Assembly (NCBI GenBank): GCA_041674345.1
Contig: JBAYVY010000001.1
Span: 1 to 41,537 of the forward strand
DNA: 41,537 nucleotides
Reading direction: 5' to 3'
From: Phycisphaeraceae bacterium
GTDB taxonomy: Bacteria > Planctomycetota > Phycisphaerae > Phycisphaerales > Zrk34
In this document: positions 1-7,725 of the stretch, one piece after another
How the letters are laid out: each line of letters opens with the position of its first letter
Numbering within the stretch: position 1 is the first letter of the stretch
Notes under the pieces: generated by a model
Database searches by the model: none
What the model was told of the DNA's origin: nothing
Seen by the model: the letters and a program-made list of their open reading frames with translations, nothing else
Position numbers and translations under genes: made by a program

Positions 1-213
1 GCGAGGCGGCCGAATCAGCGAGTTGATTCGGCGAACTCGATGGCGAAATGACCGTGAGAACGCGCCACGCGCCCCCTCTTTGTTCCGCATCCGCAGTACA
101 AGGGGTAAATCAGAGGCTCCTTATATCCATAAGGACGGCAAACCCCATCGGGGCTCCTTCTCGACTTTAAAGGCGGTAGTCGAGGCCGCTGAAGAAGAAG
201 GATGAAACTCCCG

Positions 214-618
214 CTACGTTCCGCCGAACAGTCGGTCGCGGATCGCCGCGACCTGGCGTTGCAAATGCGCCGCCGCGCCTGCGCCCATGTCCTGCGCCAA
301 CTGGTCGGTGTGGAACGTCAGCACTGCGTCGCACACCAGCAGCGTCATCGGGTTGCTCAATCCCCGGCGTTGCGCGATGCGGTACAGCGTCCATTGCTGA
401 GACCAGCTCAATCCCAACCGGCTTGCCGCTTGGTTGAACAATCGCACCGGCTCCGAACGGCGCCCGCCGCGACGAATCGCCTTGACGCACCACACCCCCC
501 CGCACACGCCGGCCAACAACGTCAGCACCACCAGCACCGGGCGCAGCGGCAACGTCTGCCCGTCCTGCGGCCAGAAAAACTTCATGATCTCGTCAGCTCG
601 GTATGCCAGTGTCAGCAT
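214..618 (-). CDS. hypothetical membrane protein (one predicted TM helix)
   Basis: Track ORF 214..705 trimmed to the ATG at 618 (alternative ATG at 585), because the upstream part lies in a repeat hairpin. Hydrophobic segment LRPVLVVLTLLAGVCGGVWCV. No family recognised. Confidence 0.4.
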   Translation of the reverse strand: MLTLAYRADEIMKFFWPQDGQTLPLRPVLVVLTLLAGVCGGVWCVKAIRRGGRRSEPVRLFNQAASRLGLSWSQQWTLYRIAQRRGLSNPMTLLVCDAVLTFHTDQLAQDMGAGAAAHLQRQVAAIRDRLFGGT

Positions 619-634
619 GATTCGTGTCCTGTTC

Positions 635-720
635 GCGGCTTGCGGGCAAAACGCAAGCCGCATCCCGCACATCGCATCCCGCAAGCCGCAGGACGCAAGA
701 CGCATCCCGCATCATCCCGC
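635..720. repeat. oligomer-built hairpin element (GCATCCCGCA type)
   Basis: Perfect 10-bp stem GCGGCTTGCG/CGCAAGCCGC (635-661), followed by three GCATCCCGCA units. Related to 14783-14857. Confidence 0.7.
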
Positions 721-2607
721 CTGTTTGCTGTCTTTCATCGCCGTTTTCGCCAAATCCTGCACCACCCGCACGGCCCGCCGCCTCACTTTCGAGTCGCCGT
801 CTTTCCGGGCCAGCAGCGCCACCTGTTCGACCAGTGGGATCAGGTTCATCCGCTCCACCACCCACAGCGCGCTGATGCGGTGCCGTTCATCCGTATCGGC
901 CAGCATCCGCAGCAGCGCCGGCACCGCCTCGTTCATCGGCAGCCCCATCAGCGCCTTGATCGCGTTGGCGCGGCTGCGGTTGCCCCGGCCGGCCGCCAAA
1001 TCCATCAGCGTCTCCCGCACCTGCCCCACGCGCTGCATCGACTCCAGCGATTCGATCGCGTTCGCCCGAACCCGGTCGTCCTGATGCGTCAGCGCCCCGC
1101 TGATCGCCGCGACCGCGCGGGGCGAATCATGCAGCATCGACATCGCGCGAAGCGCCGCCGACGCCACCCGCGCGTCTCCGTCCGCCGCCATCGTCAATAA
1201 TTGCTGCTCGAAATACGTCTCCTGCCCCAACTGCCGGATGATCTGCACCGCCTGCAAGCGGTTTTCCGCCGATTCGTCCACCATGCGATGCGACATCTTG
1301 GCCAGAAATTGGGCATCCAGTTTCATCAACGCCCGTCCGGCCGCCTGCCGCGTCGCGTGGGTCATGTTCGGCCAGTTCGCCCAATACTTTTCAAAACCCA
1401 CCGGCCCGATATGTTGCTCGGCCAGCGCCCGCACGGCCTGGTGGTCCGATCCGATCAATCGAATCATCAACTCGCCCAAACCCGGCCATCGCGTCCGCAA
1501 CAGGTGCCGCAGCGCCAGCCGGGCGATGGCTGGTTCGCTGTCGAAACACATGGACGCGATCACATCATCGGCGCGCATCTGTTCGATTTCCGATTGTCGC
1601 ATCAGCACGCGCAGCGCCATCAGCCGCGTCAGCCGGTCGTGTCCCGCGGCCAAATCCGCCAGGGCCGTGACCCGGCGATTCGGCAGGTTCATCGGTGCCG
1701 GCAGCGCGTCGATCCATTGCGCCAACTGCCGCTGCGTCGCCACGTCCATATCGGCCAGCGACGCGCGATTGGGGAACAGGTGATCCGTCCGCCGAACCTT
1801 GCGGATCGTCGTCCGCACCGCCGGGTCGATTAGCAGCGGCCCGCCCCGCAACACGAACGGCAATTGGCGTCCGACATCCGGCTGAGTCAGCGCGCGAATC
1901 ACGAACGGCTGCATCGGTTCCATCGTCGCCAGCCCCAGCAGCGCCCGGCAGGTGATCGGGTGATCCGCCTGCGCCACCAATTCCCCCAGCGGATTGAACG
2001 CCGGCAATTTGTGATCCGTCACATACCGATACAAACCCGCCGGAAAATGCGGCGCGAAACACAGCAGCGCCATCAGCACGTCCCGCCGGCGGTGCTGGTG
2101 GAAACACGCGCACGCCTCCGCCAGCGCGCTCACCAGATGATGTTGCGCCGCCAGCGTGACGGGCGTCAGCCCCGCCGGTCCGTTGCTGGCCACCAGGTGA
2201 TGCCGCGACAATCGCAACAGCGCCATCGCCGCCGCCTTGTTCAACCGGCTGTCCGATTCATGCAACTGCCTGCTCAAAAGCCACGCCAGTCGTGTCGCCG
2301 TCGTGCGGTGAATGATGTCGATCACGTTCAGTCGCGCCTGCACATCGTCCGATTCGGCCGCGTGACGCATCGCCTCGTCCAGGTGCGTCATCTGATCCAG
2401 CACCAGTTGCTGCGCCTCGGCCGGCAGCTTGTCGAATCGCCGGATCACCCCCACATAGCCCGGCACCTTGCCCCGCGCAAGCAACAACCGCGTCACCTGA
2501 GCGGCCGTCACCTTGTCCGCGTGTTCCAACGACTCAGCCATCGCCACGTCCACACTGACGTGATCGATCCCGGCAAGCAGCGCCAGATGGGCCGGATAAT
2601 CCGACAT
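712..2607 (-). CDS. HEAT-repeat protein
   Basis: 631-aa ORF of helical repeats (e.g. DERHRISALWVVERM, DSKVRRRAVRVVQDL) typical of HEAT/PBS-lyase-like repeats. The overlapping opposite-strand ORFs are R/P/H-rich shadows. Confidence 0.7.
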   Translation of the reverse strand: MSDYPAHLALLAGIDHVSVDVAMAESLEHADKVTAAQVTRLLLARGKVPGYVGVIRRFDKLPAEAQQLVLDQMTHLDEAMRHAAESDDVQARLNVIDIIHRTTATRLAWLLSRQLHESDSRLNKAAAMALLRLSRHHLVASNGPAGLTPVTLAAQHHLVSALAEACACFHQHRRRDVLMALLCFAPHFPAGLYRYVTDHKLPAFNPLGELVAQADHPITCRALLGLATMEPMQPFVIRALTQPDVGRQLPFVLRGGPLLIDPAVRTTIRKVRRTDHLFPNRASLADMDVATQRQLAQWIDALPAPMNLPNRRVTALADLAAGHDRLTRLMALRVLMRQSEIEQMRADDVIASMCFDSEPAIARLALRHLLRTRWPGLGELMIRLIGSDHQAVRALAEQHIGPVGFEKYWANWPNMTHATRQAAGRALMKLDAQFLAKMSHRMVDESAENRLQAVQIIRQLGQETYFEQQLLTMAADGDARVASAALRAMSMLHDSPRAVAAISGALTHQDDRVRANAIESLESMQRVGQVRETLMDLAAGRGNRSRANAIKALMGLPMNEAVPALLRMLADTDERHRISALWVVERMNLIPLVEQVALLARKDGDSKVRRRAVRVVQDLAKTAMKDSKQAG

Positions 2608-2750
2608 GCGGGTTCATCCATGAAACAACATTCTTCGGCTGCACGATCCGGCGTGGCCGACATCCGTGCCGGCCGGCTGCGAATCAGCCGGGACTTCCAA
2701 CTATGGTTATCGGCCAACCCCCGCCCGCCGCTTCAATCCCGACAAGCGGC

Positions 2751-2836
2751 AGAAGGAGACAGGAGACAGGGGACATTATATTCGGCGCGCCGGGGGGGTC
2801 TTACTCCTGACTCCTTACTCCCGACTCCCGACTCCC
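2751..2836. repeat. oligomer-built hairpin element (GGAGACA / ACTCC type)
   Basis: Left arm GAAGGAGACAGGAGACAGGGGAC is imperfectly complementary to right arm GTCTTACTCCTGACTCCTTACTCCCGACTCCCGACTCCC. Confidence 0.6.
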
Positions 2837-2970
2837 AAATGTTAATTTTCCGATTGAAATGCGGCTCACGCCACTCGGCCGGGACGCGGAACGGTACAAT
2901 CCGCAACGGTAACGGCCCGGCTCGACGGATCGACCCGCGCGTTCACCGTTCCGCTTTTGAAAGCGAACCC

Positions 2971-3306
2971 ATGTTCATCATCGGCCTGCTCCGCAAACTC
3001 CAACGCCAGGTCACCGCGTTTTTTCCCGTCGCTTCCAGTCGCACCGGCGAATGCCGGCGCTGCGGCGAATGTTGCAAACTGCCGTATCCCTGTCCGATGC
3101 TGCGATACGATGGGCAGGGCAGGAGCCGGTGTGCCGTTTACCTGTTCCGCCCCCTGAGTTGCCGGGTGTACCCCCGCACCCGCGGCGAACACCTGACCAG
3201 CGCCACCTGTGGCTTCCGCTTCCCCGGCGACCAACCCCAACCCGTCCCCGTCACGCTGTCGGTATCCGCGGAGGCGGAAACGATGGAAAACGATGCGACC
3301 GCGTGA
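2971..3306 (+). CDS. YkgJ-family cysteine-cluster protein (CxxCxxCC zinc/iron-chelating domain)
   Basis: In-frame ATG at 2971 within track ORF 1864..3306. Motifs CRRCGECCK and C-AVYLFRPLSCRVYP match the YkgJ/UPF0153 pattern. Confidence 0.75.
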   Translation: MFIIGLLRKLQRQVTAFFPVASSRTGECRRCGECCKLPYPCPMLRYDGQGRSRCAVYLFRPLSCRVYPRTRGEHLTSATCGFRFPGDQPQPVPVTLSVSAEAETMENDATA

Positions 3307-3430
3307 GGGGCCGGAGGCCGGGGAGCCGCGGGTTTTCACCGCGCGGCTATACGGATCAAACTCATCATCGCGGCTTTGAGGGACGTGACCAACTTTCGGG
3401 CGCGATCAACCGAGAGGGTAAGTTCTCACC

Positions 3431-3835
3431 TTATTGTTTTTCCGCTTTTATTGCCTTGGCGCTTCCAAAACCACCAAGAAAACCGAGCAAACCAACAATA
3501 ATTTTTTCGGTCAAGGCGATCTCGTGAAGAAACAAACCACAAATTGCCACAGAGATTATCAAACCCGCCAGCAACGTAGCACAATAGATAATTCGCCGTT
3601 GTGTCTTCGCTACAATTTCCGTTTGCTTGGTGGTTTCTTGAGCAGTCGTTGTCACCATATCTTTGACAAAAGGCAAAAGCGATTGAGCAAGAGCCCGGAG
3701 CGCATGTAGTTCTTGCTCTTCCTGTGTTGGTTGTTTTTGTTTATCCGTTTGGGCAATACTTAGCTCAGATGGTGATCCCGTTTCGCTTAATTGGGAATCA
3801 TGGCTTGAAATCGAATCCACTTCTTGTTGTCCCAT
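3431..3835 (-). CDS. hypothetical small membrane protein (two C-terminal TM helices) on an AT-rich insertion
   Basis: 134-aa ORF with an AAGGA-like RBS upstream. Polar Q/E/T-rich N-terminal half, then IIYCATLLAGLIISVAICGLFL and IIVGLLGFLGGFG. Composition is clearly AT-richer than the flanks. Confidence 0.55.
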   Translation of the reverse strand: MGQQEVDSISSHDSQLSETGSPSELSIAQTDKQKQPTQEEQELHALRALAQSLLPFVKDMVTTTAQETTKQTEIVAKTQRRIIYCATLLAGLIISVAICGLFLHEIALTEKIIVGLLGFLGGFGSAKAIKAEKQ

Positions 3836-3851
3836 TTTCTACATCCTTATT

Positions 3852-3926
3852 TCACCTTGACTCCGGCATAAGTGCCATGCGAATCGCTTCAAGAATGCTC
3901 TCCAGATACAACCGATCCGTACTCAC
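3852..3926 (-). pseudogene. hepT: truncated HepT (DUF86) toxin remnant, N-terminal 24 codons only
   Basis: GTG overlaps the mntA stop (GTGA). The translation VSTDRLYLESILEAIRMALMPESR* matches the conserved HepT N-terminus (D-x-LYL-x-DILEAI). It stops at the junction with the AT-rich segment. Confidence 0.6.
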
Positions 3927-4217
3927 AGTGAGACGCCCTCCTCCAGAACTTGTTGGCGGATGGCCGGGTGGATCGCCTCATCGGACACCACATCGACGGG
4001 GACGCCGAACAGGTCTTGCAATTCGTTTTGCAACGCCACCTGGTCGATCAGGGAACGGTTGTCGTCGAAATGCACCAGCAGGTCGATGTCGCTGGCGACC
4101 GAAGCCCGGCCTTTCGCCACGGAGCCGAACACGCGGACGCGGCGGGCGCCATGACGCTCGGCGATCCGCGGAATCGTCCGGCGACTTTTTTTTCAGATGG
4201 TCCAACGTGATGGCCAT
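3923..4217 (-). pseudogene. mntA: MntA-type nucleotidyltransferase antitoxin, frameshifted at an A8 run
   Basis: The downstream frame reads ...RIAERHGARRVRVFGSVAKGRASVASDIDLLVHFD (minimal nucleotidyltransferase GS-x10-DxD). The N-terminus MAITLDHLKKK is in another frame. Removing one base from the T8 run at 4186-4193 gives an intact protein of about 97 aa. Confidence 0.7.
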
Positions 4218-4301
4218 TCCTTAATCATGCCACATGAAACGAGGAGATAGTGACTGCGGCGAGGACGCTGCAATCGAGAGGGGAACCGGATGTACGGATT
4301 T

Positions 4302-4405
4302 CACAAAGCCGCGACCGGTGGTCGCGGTCCCGGAAGTTGAGTAATCGTTGGAGAAGTGAGCGCGCTATGTGTTCCAAGACCGCGACCAGCGGTCGCGGCT
4401 TTGTG
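4302..4405. repeat. REPIN-like doublet of two 26-nt GC hairpins in inverted orientation
   Basis: CACAAAG-CCGCGACC-GGT-GGTCGCGG (4302-4327) and CCGCGACC-AGC-GGTCGCGG-CTTTGTG (4380-4405). The second is the reverse complement of the first except for the loop. Confidence 0.75.
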
Positions 4406-4414
4406 AACAAATCG

Positions 4415-4840
4415 TCACACCGTGCCGGACCAGTCGGGGGGGAAGATGAGGACGGGGCGGTCGGCTTGTCTTAGCACCTGTTGCGGCACGTCGCCGGCGA
4501 GCAGGCGGGCGACGCGGCCCTTGCCTGTCGCGCCCAGAATCAGCAGCGACGCATGATGGGCCTCGGCGGCATTCAAAATGGCGCGGGCGATGTCGTCGCC
4601 GAACAGCAGGACGCCCTCGGCGGGGATTTTCACTTCGGACAAACGGGTGGTCAGCGTGGAGAGGGTCAGTTCGCCTCGCTGTCGGGTGTCGGCTTCGGAT
4701 TCGTCCTCCTCATGGGGCACGGCGACATGGGCGACGATGACCGAGCCATCGAGGCGCACCGCCAGATCGCGCACGGTCTGGAACAGTTTTTCACTGGCCC
4801 AGGGGGTGCTGACCGCCACCATGATGCGACTTTTAGCCAA
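4415..4840 (-). CDS. universal stress protein (UspA family)
   Basis: 141 aa. IMVAVS start, ...ASLLILGATGKGRVARLLAGDVPQQVLRQADRPVLIF is the typical Usp C-terminal ATP-binding region. Confidence 0.8.
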   Translation of the reverse strand: MAKSRIMVAVSTPWASEKLFQTVRDLAVRLDGSVIVAHVAVPHEEDESEADTRQRGELTLSTLTTRLSEVKIPAEGVLLFGDDIARAILNAAEAHHASLLILGATGKGRVARLLAGDVPQQVLRQADRPVLIFPPDWSGTV

Positions 4841-4916
4841 GAGCGCCTCCGAATGAACGACCCGATGTCAGCGGGCATTATAACGCAAAGGGGGCGGGAG
4901 AAGGGGAAAGAGGCCA

Positions 4917-5672
4917 TCAGTAGCTGCCGGTCGATGGAGAAGCGGGGGCGAATGGGATGGCATCGAGGCCCAGTTCGTTGCGGAGTTGGTCGCAGATGGA
5001 TTGGGTGGCGGACGCGCCGATACGGGTGCAGCCGAGGTCGCGGATTTGTTTGGCGCGTTCGAGGGTGCGAATGCCCCCGGCGGCTTTGACCTGCATCGGG
5101 GCGGGGCTGTGTTGAAGCATCAGTTTCAAGTCGTCATCCGTCGCTCCCCCGCCCCCGGAAGCAAAACCCCCGGAAGCAAAACCCGTGGAGGTTTTCACCC
5201 AATCGGCGTGGAGCGCGGCGCAGATTTCGCACAGCCGGATTTTGTGTTCGTCTTTCAGATAGCAGTTCTCGAAGATGACCTTGACTTTTCGGCCCAGGTC
5301 GTGGGCGACGGCGATCACGGCGGCGATGTCCTTGTGGACCGTCATCCAGTCGCCGGTGAGCGCGGCGGAGATGTTGCACACCATGTCCAGTTCGGTCGCG
5401 CCCTCGGCAAGGGCCTGCCTGGCCTCGGCGACTTTGGCGTCGGTGGTGTTCACGCCGAGCGGGAAGCCGATCACCGTGCAAGGTTGCACACCGGAGCCGG
5501 CGAGCCATTGAACGCAGCGGCGAAGGTAGTACGGCATGATGCAAACGCCGGCCACCTGGTAGGCGCGGGCCATGAGGCAGCCGTCGTCGAGTTGCCGCTG
5601 GGTGAGCGTGGGCGCGAGCAGCGCGTGGTCAATGCGACCGGCGATGTCTTGGTAGGCGGCGAGGGAGGACAT
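4917..5672 (-). CDS. deoC: deoxyribose-phosphate aldolase
   Basis: 251 aa. Motifs DMVCNI, VKVIFE, WVKTSTGF...GGAT and VKAAGGIRT are characteristic of class I DERA. Confidence 0.9.
   Translation of the reverse strand: MSSLAAYQDIAGRIDHALLAPTLTQRQLDDGCLMARAYQVAGVCIMPYYLRRCVQWLAGSGVQPCTVIGFPLGVNTTDAKVAEARQALAEGATELDMVCNISAALTGDWMTVHKDIAAVIAVAHDLGRKVKVIFENCYLKDEHKIRLCEICAALHADWVKTSTGFASGGFASGGGGATDDDLKLMLQHSPAPMQVKAAGGIRTLERAKQIRDLGCTRIGASATQSICDQLRNELGLDAIPFAPASPSTGSY
5154..5183. repeat. 15-nt perfect tandem duplication inside deoC
   Basis: CCCGGAAGCAAAACC x2 (5154-5168 and 5169-5183), encoding GFASG-GFASG. Confidence 0.9.
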
Positions 5673-5684
5673 GGATGCTCCGGG

Positions 5685-5799
5685 AATGTGCGATGTTCAA
5701 TGTGCGATGTTTGAAGAATCCCGGCCAAGCCGCCCCCGGAAGCAAGATGGCATGGCCGGGCTTGGATACATCGCACATGGCACATTGAACATCGCACAT
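5685..5799. repeat. hairpin element, ATGTGCG/ATGTTCA family, copy 1
   Basis: Arms AATGTGCGATGTTCAATGTGCGATGT and ACATCGCACATGGCACATTGAACATCGCACAT, with inner stem CCCGGCC/GGCCGGG. Confidence 0.85.
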
Positions 5800-5804
5800 C
5801 GTCA

Positions 5805-6194
5805 TCAGTCGTAGTTGAACACGCCCTTGCGGAAGGCGTAGATGTAGGCGATGACGCTGGTGCCCAGGAAGAACAACATGCGGCCGAGGAATTGCCAAGC
5901 GAGCGATTCGCCGTGCGCGAGATTGGGGAAAACCGTCGCCCAGGGATAGAGGAAGACGATTTCGACATCGAAGACCAGGAAGGTCATGGCGACGATGTAG
6001 AAGCGGATATTGAAGCGTTTGCGCGCGGTGCCGACGGGGTTCATGCCGGCTTCGTAGATGCCGCCTTTGACGGCCCCCTTGCGCGACGGGCCGAGGACAT
6101 AGGTCAGACCCAGATTCATCACGGCGAACCCGACCGCCATGAGTACGAGAATGCCGAGCGCGGCGTAGTGGTTGACATCAGCGAGGATCAGCAT
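5805..6194 (-). CDS. nuoA: NADH-quinone oxidoreductase subunit A
   Basis: Track ORF trimmed to the ATG at 6194. YEAGMNPVGTARKRFNIRFYIVAMTFLVFDVEIVFLYPWA matches the NuoA/ND3 signature. Confidence 0.85.
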   Translation of the reverse strand: MLILADVNHYAALGILVLMAVGFAVMNLGLTYVLGPSRKGAVKGGIYEAGMNPVGTARKRFNIRFYIVAMTFLVFDVEIVFLYPWATVFPNLAHGESLAWQFLGRMLFFLGTSVIAYIYAFRKGVFNYD

Positions 6195-6222
6195 GGCAAG
6201 GTTCCGGGAGGGGTTGCGTTTC

Positions 6223-6352
6223 GAGAATGACGAAATCCGAATGACGAATGAATATCCAAATTCCAATGTTCAAACCGCGGACGTAATCGGAAGTTTGGAA
6301 TTTTGAATTTGAAATTTCATTCGTCATTCGGATTTCGTCATTCGTCATTTCC
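6223..6352. repeat. hairpin element, AATGACG family, copy 1
   Basis: 27-bp perfect arms AATGACGAAATCCGAATGACGAATGAA / TTCATTCGTCATTCGGATTTCGTCATT. Confidence 0.9.
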
Positions 6353-6434
6353 TCAACCATCGTACCGACTGCTCGGCGACAGGCAAGGGGCGACCCCTAC
6401 GCATTCCACGCCCGCCCCTGTTATCATTGACCCC

Positions 6435-7637
6435 ATGATCATCGACAACGATTCACCGCTGAATATCATCCGCCGCGGCACCGAGGGCATCTACAGCGAA
6501 GCTGAGCTTGCCGCCAAGCTCGCTTCCAATCGCCCGCTGCGCATCAAGCTCGGCATGGACCCCACCGCGCCCGACATCCACCTCGGCCACTCCGTCGTCC
6601 TCCGCGAAATGCGACAGTTCCAGAACCTCGGCCACCAGGCCATTCTCATCATCGGCGACTACACCGCACGCATCGGCGACCCCACCGGACGCGATACCAC
6701 CCGCCCCATCCTTTCCGAACAGGCCATCCACGCCAACGCACAAACCTACCTCGAACAGGCCGGCAAAATCCTCGACACCGCCCCGGGCAAACTCGAAGTC
6801 CGACACAACAGCGAATGGCTCAGCAAACTCTCCTTCGCCGATGTGCTCAACCTCACCGGCCAGATCACCGTCCAGCAAATGCTCCACCGTGAAAACTTCG
6901 CCCTCCGCATCAAAGACGGACGCGAAATCATGGTCAGCGAATTCATGTACCCTCTCATGCAGGCCTACGATTCGGTCGTCATCAAAGCCGACGTCGAACT
7001 CGGCGGAACCGATCAGACCTTCAACTGTCTCATGGGCCGCGAACTGATGAGCAAAATGGGCCTGGAAAAACAGGTCGTCCTCGTCATGCCCCTCCTCGTC
7101 GGACTCGACGGCCACGAAAAAATGAGCAAGTCCAGGGGCAACACCATCGCACTGACCGATTCACCCGATGACATGTTCGGCAAAGTCATGAGCATCCCCG
7201 ACGCGCTGATGCCCAATTACTTTCAACTGCTCACGCTGCTGCCGACCGACCGCATCCGCAGTCTGCTCGATTCCAACACCACGCATCCCCGCGAGGCGAA
7301 GGACACGCTGGCGCGCGTGATCGTCGAGGGATATCACGGTTCGCAAGCCGCGAATGCCGCCAGCGCCGAGTTCCGACGCCGATTCGCCGAGAAACAACTG
7401 CCCACCGACCTGGAAACCAAAACCGTCGCCGAGCCGACGATTCACCTGTCCAAACTCATCGTCGAAATCGGCTTCGCCGCGAGCAACGGCGAAGCGAAGC
7501 GATTGATCCAGCAGGGCGGGGTCAGTTGGGCCGGCGAAAAAATCACCGACCCGCAGGCCGCCGTCGAAATCCCCGATCAAACCCCGGTGATTTTGCAAGT
7601 CGGCAAACGTCGCGTGTGCCAGATTGTGAGGGGTTAG
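6435..7637 (+). CDS. tyrS: tyrosine--tRNA ligase
   Basis: Start set to the ATG at 6435, since the upstream part lies in a hairpin repeat. HIGH-type motif HLGH, KMSKS motif, C-terminal S4-like domain. Confidence 0.92.
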   Translation: MIIDNDSPLNIIRRGTEGIYSEAELAAKLASNRPLRIKLGMDPTAPDIHLGHSVVLREMRQFQNLGHQAILIIGDYTARIGDPTGRDTTRPILSEQAIHANAQTYLEQAGKILDTAPGKLEVRHNSEWLSKLSFADVLNLTGQITVQQMLHRENFALRIKDGREIMVSEFMYPLMQAYDSVVIKADVELGGTDQTFNCLMGRELMSKMGLEKQVVLVMPLLVGLDGHEKMSKSRGNTIALTDSPDDMFGKVMSIPDALMPNYFQLLTLLPTDRIRSLLDSNTTHPREAKDTLARVIVEGYHGSQAANAASAEFRRRFAEKQLPTDLETKTVAEPTIHLSKLIVEIGFAASNGEAKRLIQQGGVSWAGEKITDPQAAVEIPDQTPVILQVGKRRVCQIVRG

Positions 7638-7641
7638 CGAG

Positions 7642-7660
7642 CCGCGGCGTGTCGCCGCGG
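7642..7660 (+). terminator. GC hairpin after tyrS (weak terminator candidate)
   Basis: CCGCGGCG-tgt-CGCCGCGG, 5 nt after the stop. The trailing sequence TGTTCATC is only weakly T-rich. Confidence 0.4.
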
Positions 7661-7725
7661 TGTTCATCGGCAATTGTCCCTGTGTCGCTCTTAACGGAAT
7701 TCGGTTTTTCAAATGAGTCTGGGGT

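Noticed and set aside
1-213. Several small hairpins at the window start (for example GCCGAATCA-gcgagt-TGATTCGGC at 11-34, CCTTAT-ggat-ATAAGG) considered as an RNA gene or terminator
   Set aside because: No recognisable RNA family was found, the region is truncated by the window edge, and evidence is insufficient for a call.
202-1200. Long plus-strand ORFs (202-1200, 434-1084, 1201-1833, 1864-2970 portion) overlapping the HEAT-repeat gene
   Set aside because: They are extremely R/H/P/Q-rich low-complexity translations antisense to, or out of frame with, a well-structured repeat protein. These are typical high-GC shadow ORFs.
3426-3858. Shared 7-mers (TCACCTT, CCTTATT) at both edges of the AT-rich insertion, considered as target-site duplications
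   Set aside because: They are short and in different order at the two ends. They are also the reverse complement of Shine-Dalgarno-like AAGGTGA/AATAAGG, so chance or RBS function explains them.
6178-6360. Small ORFs lying entirely within hairpin elements (6178-6360, 19619-19816, 26777-27016, 22067-22291)
   Set aside because: The translations (MTNDEIRMTNE..., FVIRHSSF...) simply mirror the oligomer repeats on either strand, with no RBS or coding signal.
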